64,000 nt of DNA, taken from an uncultured bacterium (GTDB taxonomy: Bacteria > Gemmatimonadota > Gemmatimonadetes > Gemmatimonadales > Gemmatimonadaceae). Below the pieces are notes generated by a model. It saw only the letters and a program-made list of their open reading frames with translations, was not told where the DNA came from and made no database searches. The stretch is taken from the NCBI GenBank assembly GCA_963978095.1, contig CAXBQP010000008.1:1-64000 (forward strand), read 5' to 3'. This document shows, in pieces, positions 1 through 8,259 of this stretch (within the stretch, counting starts at the first letter, position 1; each line of letters opens with the position of its first letter). The translations under genes were made by a program, and so were the position numbers.

Positions 1-693
1 GAGGGGCTCTTCTGGTTCGGTGGGACTGGGCCGCAGGTGGTCTTGAGTCTTCTGAACGTGGTGTTGATGGTGGTGCCGCTGGTCGCACTCGTATTCGGAG
101 CGATGCACGTGTACGCATCGCGCGATTTCGTGGAGCTGCTCCTCGCCCAGCCGGTTCGGCGCCGCGAGCTCTTCACCGGGCTCTATCTGGGGCTCGCTCT
201 GCCGCTGACGGCCGCTTTCGTGCTCGGCGCGGGGATCCCCGTGTTGATGAACCTGGGGTTGAGCGGCAGCGGAGTCGCGGTGTTCGCGCTCCTCGTCGCG
301 GGGGCGGCGCTGACCCTCGCCTGCGTGGCGCTCTCCACCTGGATCGCCCTGCGGTCCGATGATCGCCTGAAGGGTATCGGCATGACTCTCGCCGCGTGGC
401 TCCTTACGAGCCTGCTGTACGACGGCTCTGTGGTCGCTTTCGCCGCGGCGTTCGGCGATTGGCCGATCGAGAAGCCGATGTTGGCCATGATGCTCGCCAA
501 TCCCGTGGACCTCGCGCGCGTGCTCGTGCTCGCGCAGGTGGATGCGTCGGCGCTCATGGGGTACACCGGGGCGCTCTTCGAACAAACCTTCGGCACGGTG
601 CTGGGCACCGCCGTCGCACTGGGCGCGCTCCTGCTGTGGTGCGTGGGGCCGTGGTTCGCCGCCGCACGTCGATTCGATGTCCGTGATTTCTGA
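1..693 (+). CDS. nosY: ABC transporter permease, NosY-like (5' partial; frame open from window start)
   Basis: Multi-TM hydrophobic protein with ELLLAQPVRR and ANPVDLAR motifs typical of NosY/ABC-2 permeases; adjacent to a copper protein. Confidence 0.7.
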   Translation, partial: EGLFWFGGTGPQVVLSLLNVVLMVVPLVALVFGAMHVYASRDFVELLLAQPVRRRELFTGLYLGLALPLTAAFVLGAGIPVLMNLGLSGSGVAVFALLVAGAALTLACVALSTWIALRSDDRLKGIGMTLAAWLLTSLLYDGSVVAFAAAFGDWPIEKPMLAMMLANPVDLARVLVLAQVDASALMGYTGALFEQTFGTVLGTAVALGALLLWCVGPWFAAARRFDVRDF

Positions 694-730
694 TCCACCC
701 CTCACAACCCTCGTCCACCTCCGAACTCAC

Positions 731-1165
731 ATGCACAACACGCTCAAGCGCTCCGCCCTACTCCTGACCTTTGTCGCCGCAGCCGCCTGCGGTGGCGGCG
801 CCAGCGGCGACAAGGCCGCGCCGGCCGGCGGCGGTGAAGCGGCCCCGGCGGCCGTCGCCGCGACAGGAACGGTGCACGAGATCATGATGTCCACCGACGA
901 CAAGGGGAGCTTCTTCACCCCGAACACGATCAGCGCGAAGCCCGGCGATGTGCTGCGCTTCAAACTCGCGGTCGGCGTGCACAATGTGAACTTCCTCGCC
1001 GACTCGAACCCCGGGAAATCAGGTCTTCCATCGGTCAGCCCATTCCTGCAGCTGCCGGGACAGACGTACGACGTGCCGCTGACGTTTGGCAACGGGACTT
1101 TCTACTTCCAATGCGACCCCCATGCCGCGCTCGGCATGAAGGGGCACGTCACCGTCGCGAAGTAG
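731..1165 (+). CDS. Plastocyanin/azurin-family type-1 copper lipoprotein
   Basis: Lipobox AAAAC, Ala/Gly linker, HNVNF and CDPHAALGM (His, Cys, His, Met ligands); start moved to ATG 731. Confidence 0.85.
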   Translation: MHNTLKRSALLLTFVAAAACGGGASGDKAAPAGGGEAAPAAVAATGTVHEIMMSTDDKGSFFTPNTISAKPGDVLRFKLAVGVHNVNFLADSNPGKSGLPSVSPFLQLPGQTYDVPLTFGNGTFYFQCDPHAALGMKGHVTVAK

Positions 1166-2192
1166 GCGCGGGGTAGGTCGTCCGCCAGTGCTCGACCTTG
1201 TCGAGCACCTGCTGGACCGTGATCCGGGGAAGCCGGCCGGTCCGATTCTCCATCGAGATCGGATAGTCCTCCCCCTGATCGCCGTAGGCGTCGATCATCA
1301 GGTCGTGGAACTTCCGATAGGGGCCGACGCGCTTCGGATTCGAATATCCGATCAATGAGACGACGGGACGATCGAGCGCCACGCTGATGTGCAACGGTCC
1401 CGTATCGGGGGAGAGCACGAGCGCGGCGCCATCGAAGATCGACACGAGTTTACGGAGCCCGCTCCCGAGTGCGGAGATCGGCTTGAGAGTCGTGCGTTCC
1501 ATGATCACACGCTCGGCCTCGACCTCGCGCGGCGAGCGTCCGCCCACGAGGATCGGCTGCAGCTTCAGGTCACCGGCGAGCACGTCACAGACCTCGGCCC
1601 AGCGCTCCGGGAGCCAGTCCTTTTCCGCCTTGCTCGTGGCCACCACGATCGGCACCGCCGGCCGCTCGATCGGCGCGTAGAATTCCTGCTGCCACGCGCG
1701 CTCGTGCTCCCACGGGCCGAGCCCCCACTCCACGGGCGCCGTCGGCACGCCGAGCCATTCGGTGAACTCGAAGTACTGATCCTGCACATGCTGCATCGCG
1801 CGCGGCGGGATCCGGTGGGTGGTGAACAGCCAGTTGAAGTCCCGCGCCCGCGCGCGGTCGAATCCGAGCTTCACGGGCGCCTGCACGAAGCTCGTGATGA
1901 TGCCAGCCTTGAAGTAGACCTGCAGATTGATCACGAGATCGAACCGGCGCGACGCGAGCTCGCGCCGGACGTCGAGGAAGCCTCGCGCCCCAGCGCTGCG
2001 GTCGAACAGGATGATGTCATCGACGAGCGGATGGCCGCGCACGAGCGTCGCTGGGCCGGGCTGCAGCACCCACGTCACGTGCATCGCCGGATGCTGCCGC
2101 TTGAGCGCGGTGAGCACGGGGAGCACATGCACCGCGTCGCCCACGGCGCTCATCATCACGATGCACACGCGATCCATCGTGACGCGGCTCAT
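1149..2192 (-). CDS. Glycosyltransferase family 9 (LPS heptosyltransferase)
   Basis: SAVGDAVHVLP N-terminus and DTGPLHIS motif. Confidence 0.9.
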   Translation of the reverse strand: MSRVTMDRVCIVMMSAVGDAVHVLPVLTALKRQHPAMHVTWVLQPGPATLVRGHPLVDDIILFDRSAGARGFLDVRRELASRRFDLVINLQVYFKAGIITSFVQAPVKLGFDRARARDFNWLFTTHRIPPRAMQHVQDQYFEFTEWLGVPTAPVEWGLGPWEHERAWQQEFYAPIERPAVPIVVATSKAEKDWLPERWAEVCDVLAGDLKLQPILVGGRSPREVEAERVIMERTTLKPISALGSGLRKLVSIFDGAALVLSPDTGPLHISVALDRPVVSLIGYSNPKRVGPYRKFHDLMIDAYGDQGEDYPISMENRTGRLPRITVQQVLDKVEHWRTTYPAPTSRR

Positions 2193-2941
2193 GTCGTCGC
2201 TCCCGTGGCCCGGATGGCGGCGAGCTGTGCTTCGTCGAGTTCGCGGCCGAGGCCGAGTCGCGCACCGGTCAGCGAGCGCAGGAGACGCGTCGCATTCGCG
2301 GCCGCCGCAGCGCCGGTACCGGCCGCCGGGAAGACGATCCGGTCCACGTCGAGCACGGCTGCGACGCGCGGCCCGCCGTCGAGGATGAGGATGTTCCTCG
2401 CATTGAGGTCCGGGTGCAGGGCACCGGCGCGTTTGAGGGACTGCAGGAGATCGATCACGGCCTCGATCATCGCATCGCGCTCCGCATCACGCTCCGCCCG
2501 CTCCCAGGCCTCGGGGAAGGGAAGTCCGTACAGACGTTCCGTCGCCACGTCGGCTCGGGCGAACGGGGGGAACGTCGGATACACCGCGTAGGCGACGACC
2601 CGCGGCGTGCGGACGCCCGCCGCGGCGAGTCGCAGCGCGATCTCAAGCTCGAGCGGCGCGCGCGTCGGTCGCACGAACAGATCGCGCGTGAGCGGGACGA
2701 GCAGTCCGCCGTGACGCGAGTGTCGCACCACGATCGGGGTGTTGTCGGCAAGCATCGTCCCGTAGGCAATCGCGCGCCCGCGCATCGGTTGGGCACTCGG
2801 CTGACGCCCTGCCCACTCGTGCAGGGAGAGCTCCGCCATCGCAGAACGGATAGCGGCCACATGCTCGCGGAGCGCAACCACCCGCGCCCCGCGCACCTCG
2901 AACCTCTGGTATCCGGGCGGTGTCGCGTGAGCGCGACTCAC
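2189..2941 (-). CDS. Kdo kinase / LPS kinase (KdkA/InaA family)
   Basis: RHGGL, HPDLNARNIL and VLDVD kinase motifs; coupled to the GT9 gene. Confidence 0.75.
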   Translation of the reverse strand: MSRAHATPPGYQRFEVRGARVVALREHVAAIRSAMAELSLHEWAGRQPSAQPMRGRAIAYGTMLADNTPIVVRHSRHGGLLVPLTRDLFVRPTRAPLELEIALRLAAAGVRTPRVVAYAVYPTFPPFARADVATERLYGLPFPEAWERAERDAERDAMIEAVIDLLQSLKRAGALHPDLNARNILILDGGPRVAAVLDVDRIVFPAAGTGAAAAANATRLLRSLTGARLGLGRELDEAQLAAIRATGATT

Positions 2942-4530
2942 CGCTTCACGAGGAAGATCGGGACCGGCTGCGTCTTGCCTTTCAGTGGCACGGGCTCGAG
3001 CGGCTGGAGTGCAGGCGGCTTCGTCAGCGTCTTTCGGAAATCCTCGCTGATGATGATCTCCCCCTTCTTCGCCACCGAGCAGAGACGGCTCGCCGTGTTG
3101 ACGGTATCACCGATCACGGTGTACTCGAGGCGTCGTTCGCTGCCGATGTTTCCGGCGAACGCTTCGCCGAAGTTGAGGCCGATCCCTATCTGCACCGTCG
3201 GCCGTCCTTCGGCGGTCCAGCGGGTATTGAGCGCGTCGAGTGCGGTCATCATGTCGAGCGCGGCGGACATGGCACGATCGCCGTCGTCCGGCTCGCCGAT
3301 CGGCGCGCCCCACTGTGCCATCACCGCGTCGCCGATGAACTTGTCGAGCGTGCCCCCGTGTTGGAAGACGCAGTCCACCATCTCGGTGAAGTACTCCGTG
3401 AGGAGCTTCGCCATCGCGTCCGGGTTCATGGTCTCAGAGAGCGCCGTGAATCCCCGGATGTCGCTGAAGAGCACGGCCACGGGCCGCTTCTCACCGCCGA
3501 GTTTGATGGCGTCCGCCGAGTTCGCGATCCGCGCGGCCAGCTGCGGCGTGAAGAAACGCTCGAAGTTCCCGCGCACCTGCGCCTGTTGCCGGATCTTGTC
3601 GGCGAACTGCCCGTTCTCCGTGGCCGCCGACGCAATGCTCGCGAACGCGATCAGGAAGTCCAGGTCGTCCTCGGTGAACCGATGCGTGCTGATGAAGTTG
3701 TCGACGTACAGGACCCCGAGGACGTTGTCCTCAGAGCCCATCAATGGGACGCACATCGCGCCGCGCACCTTCTGCATCAGGATCGAGGCACCACCCTTGA
3801 ATCGGTCGTCCGCGCCGGCATCATCCGAGAGGACCGCGGATTTCTCCGTGGTGCACAGCCGCGCGATCGACATCGGCACGGCGGCAGGGGCATCCTCCCC
3901 CCGCTTGTCGCGCGAAATCTTGGGTTGGAGTTCCCCGCCGTCGTCGAGCAGCAGGATCGCACACCGGTCGGCTTCAAAGAGCTCGAAGGCGTACCGCGCA
4001 ACCTTGCCGAGCAGCGTATCGACATCGGCGGCACTCGTCAGCCCTTTTGCGATTTCGAGCAGGACCTGGAGTCTCTTCTGGTTCTTGTCAGGGCCGCTGC
4101 TCGCGGCCTTGATCGCCGCCTTGATGTCGCCGGCTTGGCCGCCGGTGCGGTACAACGCGGTGCTTCCCGAGTGGACCGGGCGCACCACCGTCGCGCCCGA
4201 GGGGGCGTTGGGGTCCGGCGCTGCCGTGGGCAGCGGTGCGACGTCCGCCTGGAACTCCACGCGGAAGGCCACTTTTCCGAACGTCAGCGTGTCGCCGTGC
4301 GCCGCGACGGCGGTCGCGAATGCCACACCGTTCAAGTGGGACCCGTTGCTCGACTGGAAGTCGGTGACGTGGATCTGGTCCGCGGTCACCACCATTTCGG
4401 CGTGTCGCCGTGAGACGGTGCCGTCCACGACGGGGCAGTCCGAGTTGACGGCCCGTCCCACCACCATCGTGGTGCCGGTGCGCAACTCGAACCGATACTC
4501 ATTGTCGATGCCGACGAGCGTGAAACTCAT
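2938..4530 (-). CDS. FHA-GAF-class III adenylate cyclase
   Basis: FHA (GR...VSRRHA...SSNG), central GAF, LFSDIRGFT, DKFIGDAVMA, GDTVNTASRL. Confidence 0.9.
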   Translation of the reverse strand: MSFTLVGIDNEYRFELRTGTTMVVGRAVNSDCPVVDGTVSRRHAEMVVTADQIHVTDFQSSNGSHLNGVAFATAVAAHGDTLTFGKVAFRVEFQADVAPLPTAAPDPNAPSGATVVRPVHSGSTALYRTGGQAGDIKAAIKAASSGPDKNQKRLQVLLEIAKGLTSAADVDTLLGKVARYAFELFEADRCAILLLDDGGELQPKISRDKRGEDAPAAVPMSIARLCTTEKSAVLSDDAGADDRFKGGASILMQKVRGAMCVPLMGSEDNVLGVLYVDNFISTHRFTEDDLDFLIAFASIASAATENGQFADKIRQQAQVRGNFERFFTPQLAARIANSADAIKLGGEKRPVAVLFSDIRGFTALSETMNPDAMAKLLTEYFTEMVDCVFQHGGTLDKFIGDAVMAQWGAPIGEPDDGDRAMSAALDMMTALDALNTRWTAEGRPTVQIGIGLNFGEAFAGNIGSERRLEYTVIGDTVNTASRLCSVAKKGEIIISEDFRKTLTKPPALQPLEPVPLKGKTQPVPIFLVKR

Positions 4531-4533
4531 GAC

Positions 4534-6042
4534 CTAAATATGGCGAACGCGGCCGATTGCCGTCAGCATCGCCCGGGCCTTGTTCTCGGTCTCCTCCCAT
4601 TCCAGCTCGGGGACGCTGTCCGCGACGATCCCGGCCCCGCACTGAACATGCGCCTCCCCCCCGGCGATCACGCAGGTTCGGATCGTGATCGCCAGGTCCA
4701 TCCGCCGGTCCCCGTAGGCGACATAACCCACCGCTCCGGCATAGGGACCCCGGCGCTCCGGCTCGAGTTCGTCGATGATCTCCATCGCGCGGACTTTCGG
4801 GGCCCCGGTCATCGTCCCGGCCGGGAAGGTGGCCCGGAAGACGTCCAGCGTCGACCGCCCGGGCGCCAGCTGCCCCTCCACCTGGCTCACGAGGTGCAGC
4901 ACGTGGGAGTACCGCTCCACCGTCATGAGGTCGGTGACCTCAACGGTGCCGTATTCGGCCACCCGTCCCACATCGTTCCGCCCCAAATCAACGAGCATCA
5001 GATGCTCGGCGCGCTCCTTCTCGTCCGCCGCGAGTTCCGCCGCGGCCTGCGCATCGTGCGCGGCATCGCGCCCTCGCGGTCGCGTCCCCGCGATCGGCCG
5101 GACGATGATCCGGTCGTCGGCCACGCGCACATGCAGCTCCGGCGAGCTCCCGACCAGTTCCATCCCGTCCAGCACCAGATGGTACATGTAGGGCGAGGGG
5201 TTCAGCGCCCGGAGGGCCCGGTAGAGTGTCGCCCCGTCAAAATCGTGCGGGACGGCAATCCGCCGCGCCAGCAACGTCTGGAAGCAGTCCCCGGCGACGA
5301 TGTGCTCCTTGATCGTCCGGACATCGGCGAGAAACTCCTCCCGCGCATAGTTCGACGCTCCGGTCGCCGGGGCGGCGAGCGGATTCAGCTCGAGCGGGGG
5401 AAGGGGAGGCCCGGTTCGCAGGGCACGAATCGTGGCGTCGATCTCCGCCTGCGCGTTGGCGTAGGCCGCCGCGGTACCCGCCTCGTCCGTTCCGTGCGGC
5501 ACGGGCATGGCGCACACCAGTCGGGCTTGCGCCCGCAAGTTGTCGATGATGACCATCGTACCCGTCAACACGAACAGCGCGTCGGGAGCCTGCACGCCAC
5601 GCGGCGGGGCGTTGGGCAGTCGTTCGATATGCCGTACCATGTCGTACGAGAAGTAGCCGACCGCTCCCCCCCAAAAGGCCCCGAGTTCCGGCGCATCCAC
5701 GGGTTCGTATTCGCAGAGTTTCCGCTGGAAGTCGGCGAACGGGTCCTCCGGGCGGCGTGCCGAGTGCCACCCGGTCTCGGATGCCCAATCCTCCACGACG
5801 CCATCCTGCAGGCGCCACGCCGCGCGCGGCGCCACGCCGAGAAAGGTGTAGCGGGCCCACGTTTCACTCCCGGCCGGTGCGGACTCGAGCAGGAAGGCGA
5901 ATGGGCCACGCCGCAGGCGCGCGAACGCGCCCACGGGGGTGTCCGCATCGAGAAGGATGTCGCGCCAGACGGGGATGAGCACCCCGGCGGTCCCCGTGTT
6001 CCCCGTTGCTCCTGTTGCCGTCTCGGTTGATCTTCCCTGCAT
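4534..6042 (-). CDS. trpE: Anthranilate synthase component I (chorismate-binding MST enzyme)
   Basis: FLLES, NPSPYMY, PIAGTRPRG, KERAEHLMLVDLGRND, GAPKVRAM; start uncertain (6042 ATG or 5982 GTG). Confidence 0.85.
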   Translation of the reverse strand: MQGRSTETATGATGNTGTAGVLIPVWRDILLDADTPVGAFARLRRGPFAFLLESAPAGSETWARYTFLGVAPRAAWRLQDGVVEDWASETGWHSARRPEDPFADFQRKLCEYEPVDAPELGAFWGGAVGYFSYDMVRHIERLPNAPPRGVQAPDALFVLTGTMVIIDNLRAQARLVCAMPVPHGTDEAGTAAAYANAQAEIDATIRALRTGPPLPPLELNPLAAPATGASNYAREEFLADVRTIKEHIVAGDCFQTLLARRIAVPHDFDGATLYRALRALNPSPYMYHLVLDGMELVGSSPELHVRVADDRIIVRPIAGTRPRGRDAAHDAQAAAELAADEKERAEHLMLVDLGRNDVGRVAEYGTVEVTDLMTVERYSHVLHLVSQVEGQLAPGRSTLDVFRATFPAGTMTGAPKVRAMEIIDELEPERRGPYAGAVGYVAYGDRRMDLAITIRTCVIAGGEAHVQCGAGIVADSVPELEWEETENKARAMLTAIGRVRHI

Positions 6043-8176
6043 GCGTCCTCGGATGGCGGTGCGTGCCGCCGCAATCGTGATCGTCGTGAGCGGCCTTGCC
6101 GCCACGGCGCGTGCTCAGCAATGGAACGATCCCCGGGCAATGGCACTGGTGGACGCCGCCATCGCCCGGCGCGCGGCCCAGTTGGCCGACACCGGGCTGG
6201 CCGGCTACAAGGCCAACGCACACGGCTTCCTGACCTTCCTCGCCCAGATGGGTGACCAGCTCGATGAACCGCCCAAGGTCGTCCGGACCGACGAACTCGC
6301 TGTGGAAGTCTATTGGCGCGCGCCGAATCTGAGCAAGCAGCGGATCGTCGGACGCCGTGACACCCTCCTTCTGCCAACGGACATCGAGTATCACCAAGAC
6401 CATCTGGCGATCGTGCAGAACAACTTCCCGGGAATCATTCGCCTGGGCAACGGGGACGAGGTCCAGGACGTCCCGCACCCGCTGTCGGCCGCCGGTCGCA
6501 CGGCGTACGACTTCGCCGCCACCGACTCCTTCACCATCCGCACGATCGACCGCACCTTCCAGGTGATCGAAGTCAAAGTGCGTCCACGCAACGACCGGCA
6601 GCCGCGCGCCGTGGGCGCGCTCTACCTGGACAAGTCGACCGGCGTCGTCGTGCGGATGGCGTTCAGCTTCACCCGCGCGGCCCTCAAGGACGAACAGCTC
6701 GAGGATGTCTCGGTGATCCTCGAAAATGGATTGGTCGCGGGGAGGTTCTGGCTTCCCCGACGTCAAGAGATCGAGATCCGCCGGACGGGCTCCTGGATGG
6801 ATTTTCCGGTGCGCGGCATCATCCGGGGCCGGTGGGACGTGACCGATGCGGAGCTCCTGGAGCCGCAGCCAACACCCTTTTTCGCCGGCCCCGAAGTCGT
6901 CTCGCTCCCGGAGCCCCAGCTGAAGAGCTTCACATTCACCGGCGACATCCTCGCACGTCTCCCCGGGGACGTGCGCTTGAGCGCCGACGACGACGTCCGA
7001 CGCGTCCAGGAAGAAGCGCGCGCATTGGTGCGCGCCGAGGCACTCGCGCGGACGCAGCGCACAGTCCCCAGCGCCCGCGGAATCAGTGACATCATTCGTG
7101 TGAACCGCGTGGAGGGACTCTCGGTCGGGGGCGGCATCGCTCGCGCGCTCGGCGGGGGGGTGATGGCCGCTGCGCGCGGTCGCTACGGGCTCGCGGATCA
7201 CGCCGTCAAACACCAACTCTCCATCGGATGGCAGCGGGTGGACGGCGCCGGGATCAGCCTCGCCGCCTACAACGACTTCCGCGACGCCGGCGATGAGCCG
7301 GAAGTCTCCCGGATCCGGAATTCCGTGGCGGCACAGGAGTTCGGAACGGACCTCACCGATCCCTTCTCCGTTCGAGGCATGGCCCTCACCTGGGACGCCG
7401 GCGTGCACTGGGGGAATCGCTGGAAGCTCACGGCGGCGCGGGAACATGAGTCTGCACTCGAGGTGCACGCCGAGCCGGCCACGGGGCGCTATGCACCGAC
7501 CCTTCGCGCGAAGGCCGCCGACGTGAGCCGCCTGTCGCTGGATATCACGCGCACGAGTACCGCGCCGATCATCGGTTTCAGCGTGCGGGCCGCTGCCAAC
7601 CTCACCGTCCGGCGCACATCCGCGGGGCTCAACACCGGTGAAGTGGACCATGGTCGGGCGAGCGCGGTCATCCATGCGGAGCGGGAGATCGGTTCGGATC
7701 GACTGGTGCTGCACACCTCGGCGGCCATCACCGGCACCGCGCTCTCCACCGGCGACAGCTGTTCGTTGGTGTGGAGCGCCGCTGTGCAGCGCCGGGTCTG
7801 TCTCGACGCGGCCTTCCCGCAGCTGGATGTCGCGTTCGGCGGCCCGGTCACGGCGCCGGGCTACGATTTTCATGCGCTCCGCGGTCGAGCTGGGATCAGC
7901 CAGCGCATCGAATGGCAACGCACGGTTGCACGGATCCCCGTCTCGCTCGGTCGATTCGGCCGGAGCTCGGTGCGGCTCGCGCTGGCCCCGTGGGTACAGC
8001 TCACGGCCCTCGATGGCCGTCCGGACGACAACCAGTCGCGGGGGGTGTATCCCTCGGTCGGTGTTGGTGCGGTCTCGCTGTTCGACATGCTGCGCGTGGA
8101 CGTGGGCCGCGGACTCCGCAACGGCCGCTGGACCTTCGCGCTCGACGTCACGCGCGATCTTTGGCCTATTCTCTGA
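6041..8176 (+). CDS. Secreted/outer-membrane protein of unknown function, probable C-terminal beta-barrel
   Basis: Signal peptide (ATARA|QQ), amphipathic beta-strands in the C-terminal half; start 6041 or 6053. Confidence 0.6.
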   Translation: MRPRMAVRAAAIVIVVSGLAATARAQQWNDPRAMALVDAAIARRAAQLADTGLAGYKANAHGFLTFLAQMGDQLDEPPKVVRTDELAVEVYWRAPNLSKQRIVGRRDTLLLPTDIEYHQDHLAIVQNNFPGIIRLGNGDEVQDVPHPLSAAGRTAYDFAATDSFTIRTIDRTFQVIEVKVRPRNDRQPRAVGALYLDKSTGVVVRMAFSFTRAALKDEQLEDVSVILENGLVAGRFWLPRRQEIEIRRTGSWMDFPVRGIIRGRWDVTDAELLEPQPTPFFAGPEVVSLPEPQLKSFTFTGDILARLPGDVRLSADDDVRRVQEEARALVRAEALARTQRTVPSARGISDIIRVNRVEGLSVGGGIARALGGGVMAAARGRYGLADHAVKHQLSIGWQRVDGAGISLAAYNDFRDAGDEPEVSRIRNSVAAQEFGTDLTDPFSVRGMALTWDAGVHWGNRWKLTAAREHESALEVHAEPATGRYAPTLRAKAADVSRLSLDITRTSTAPIIGFSVRAAANLTVRRTSAGLNTGEVDHGRASAVIHAEREIGSDRLVLHTSAAITGTALSTGDSCSLVWSAAVQRRVCLDAAFPQLDVAFGGPVTAPGYDFHALRGRAGISQRIEWQRTVARIPVSLGRFGRSSVRLALAPWVQLTALDGRPDDNQSRGVYPSVGVGAVSLFDMLRVDVGRGLRNGRWTFALDVTRDLWPIL

Positions 8177-8259
8177 GTTTTTTGGTACGGTCGTTTCGCG
8201 GTCAGGCGCTAGCATAGGCCATCCGCGGCGATTCCCGCACGCGGTGACTCGGTACCCGC

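Noticed and set aside
8182..8198. Sigma54-like TGGTACG-N4-TTTC upstream of the GspE-like gene
   Set aside because: The -12 dinucleotide is TC rather than the near-invariant GC
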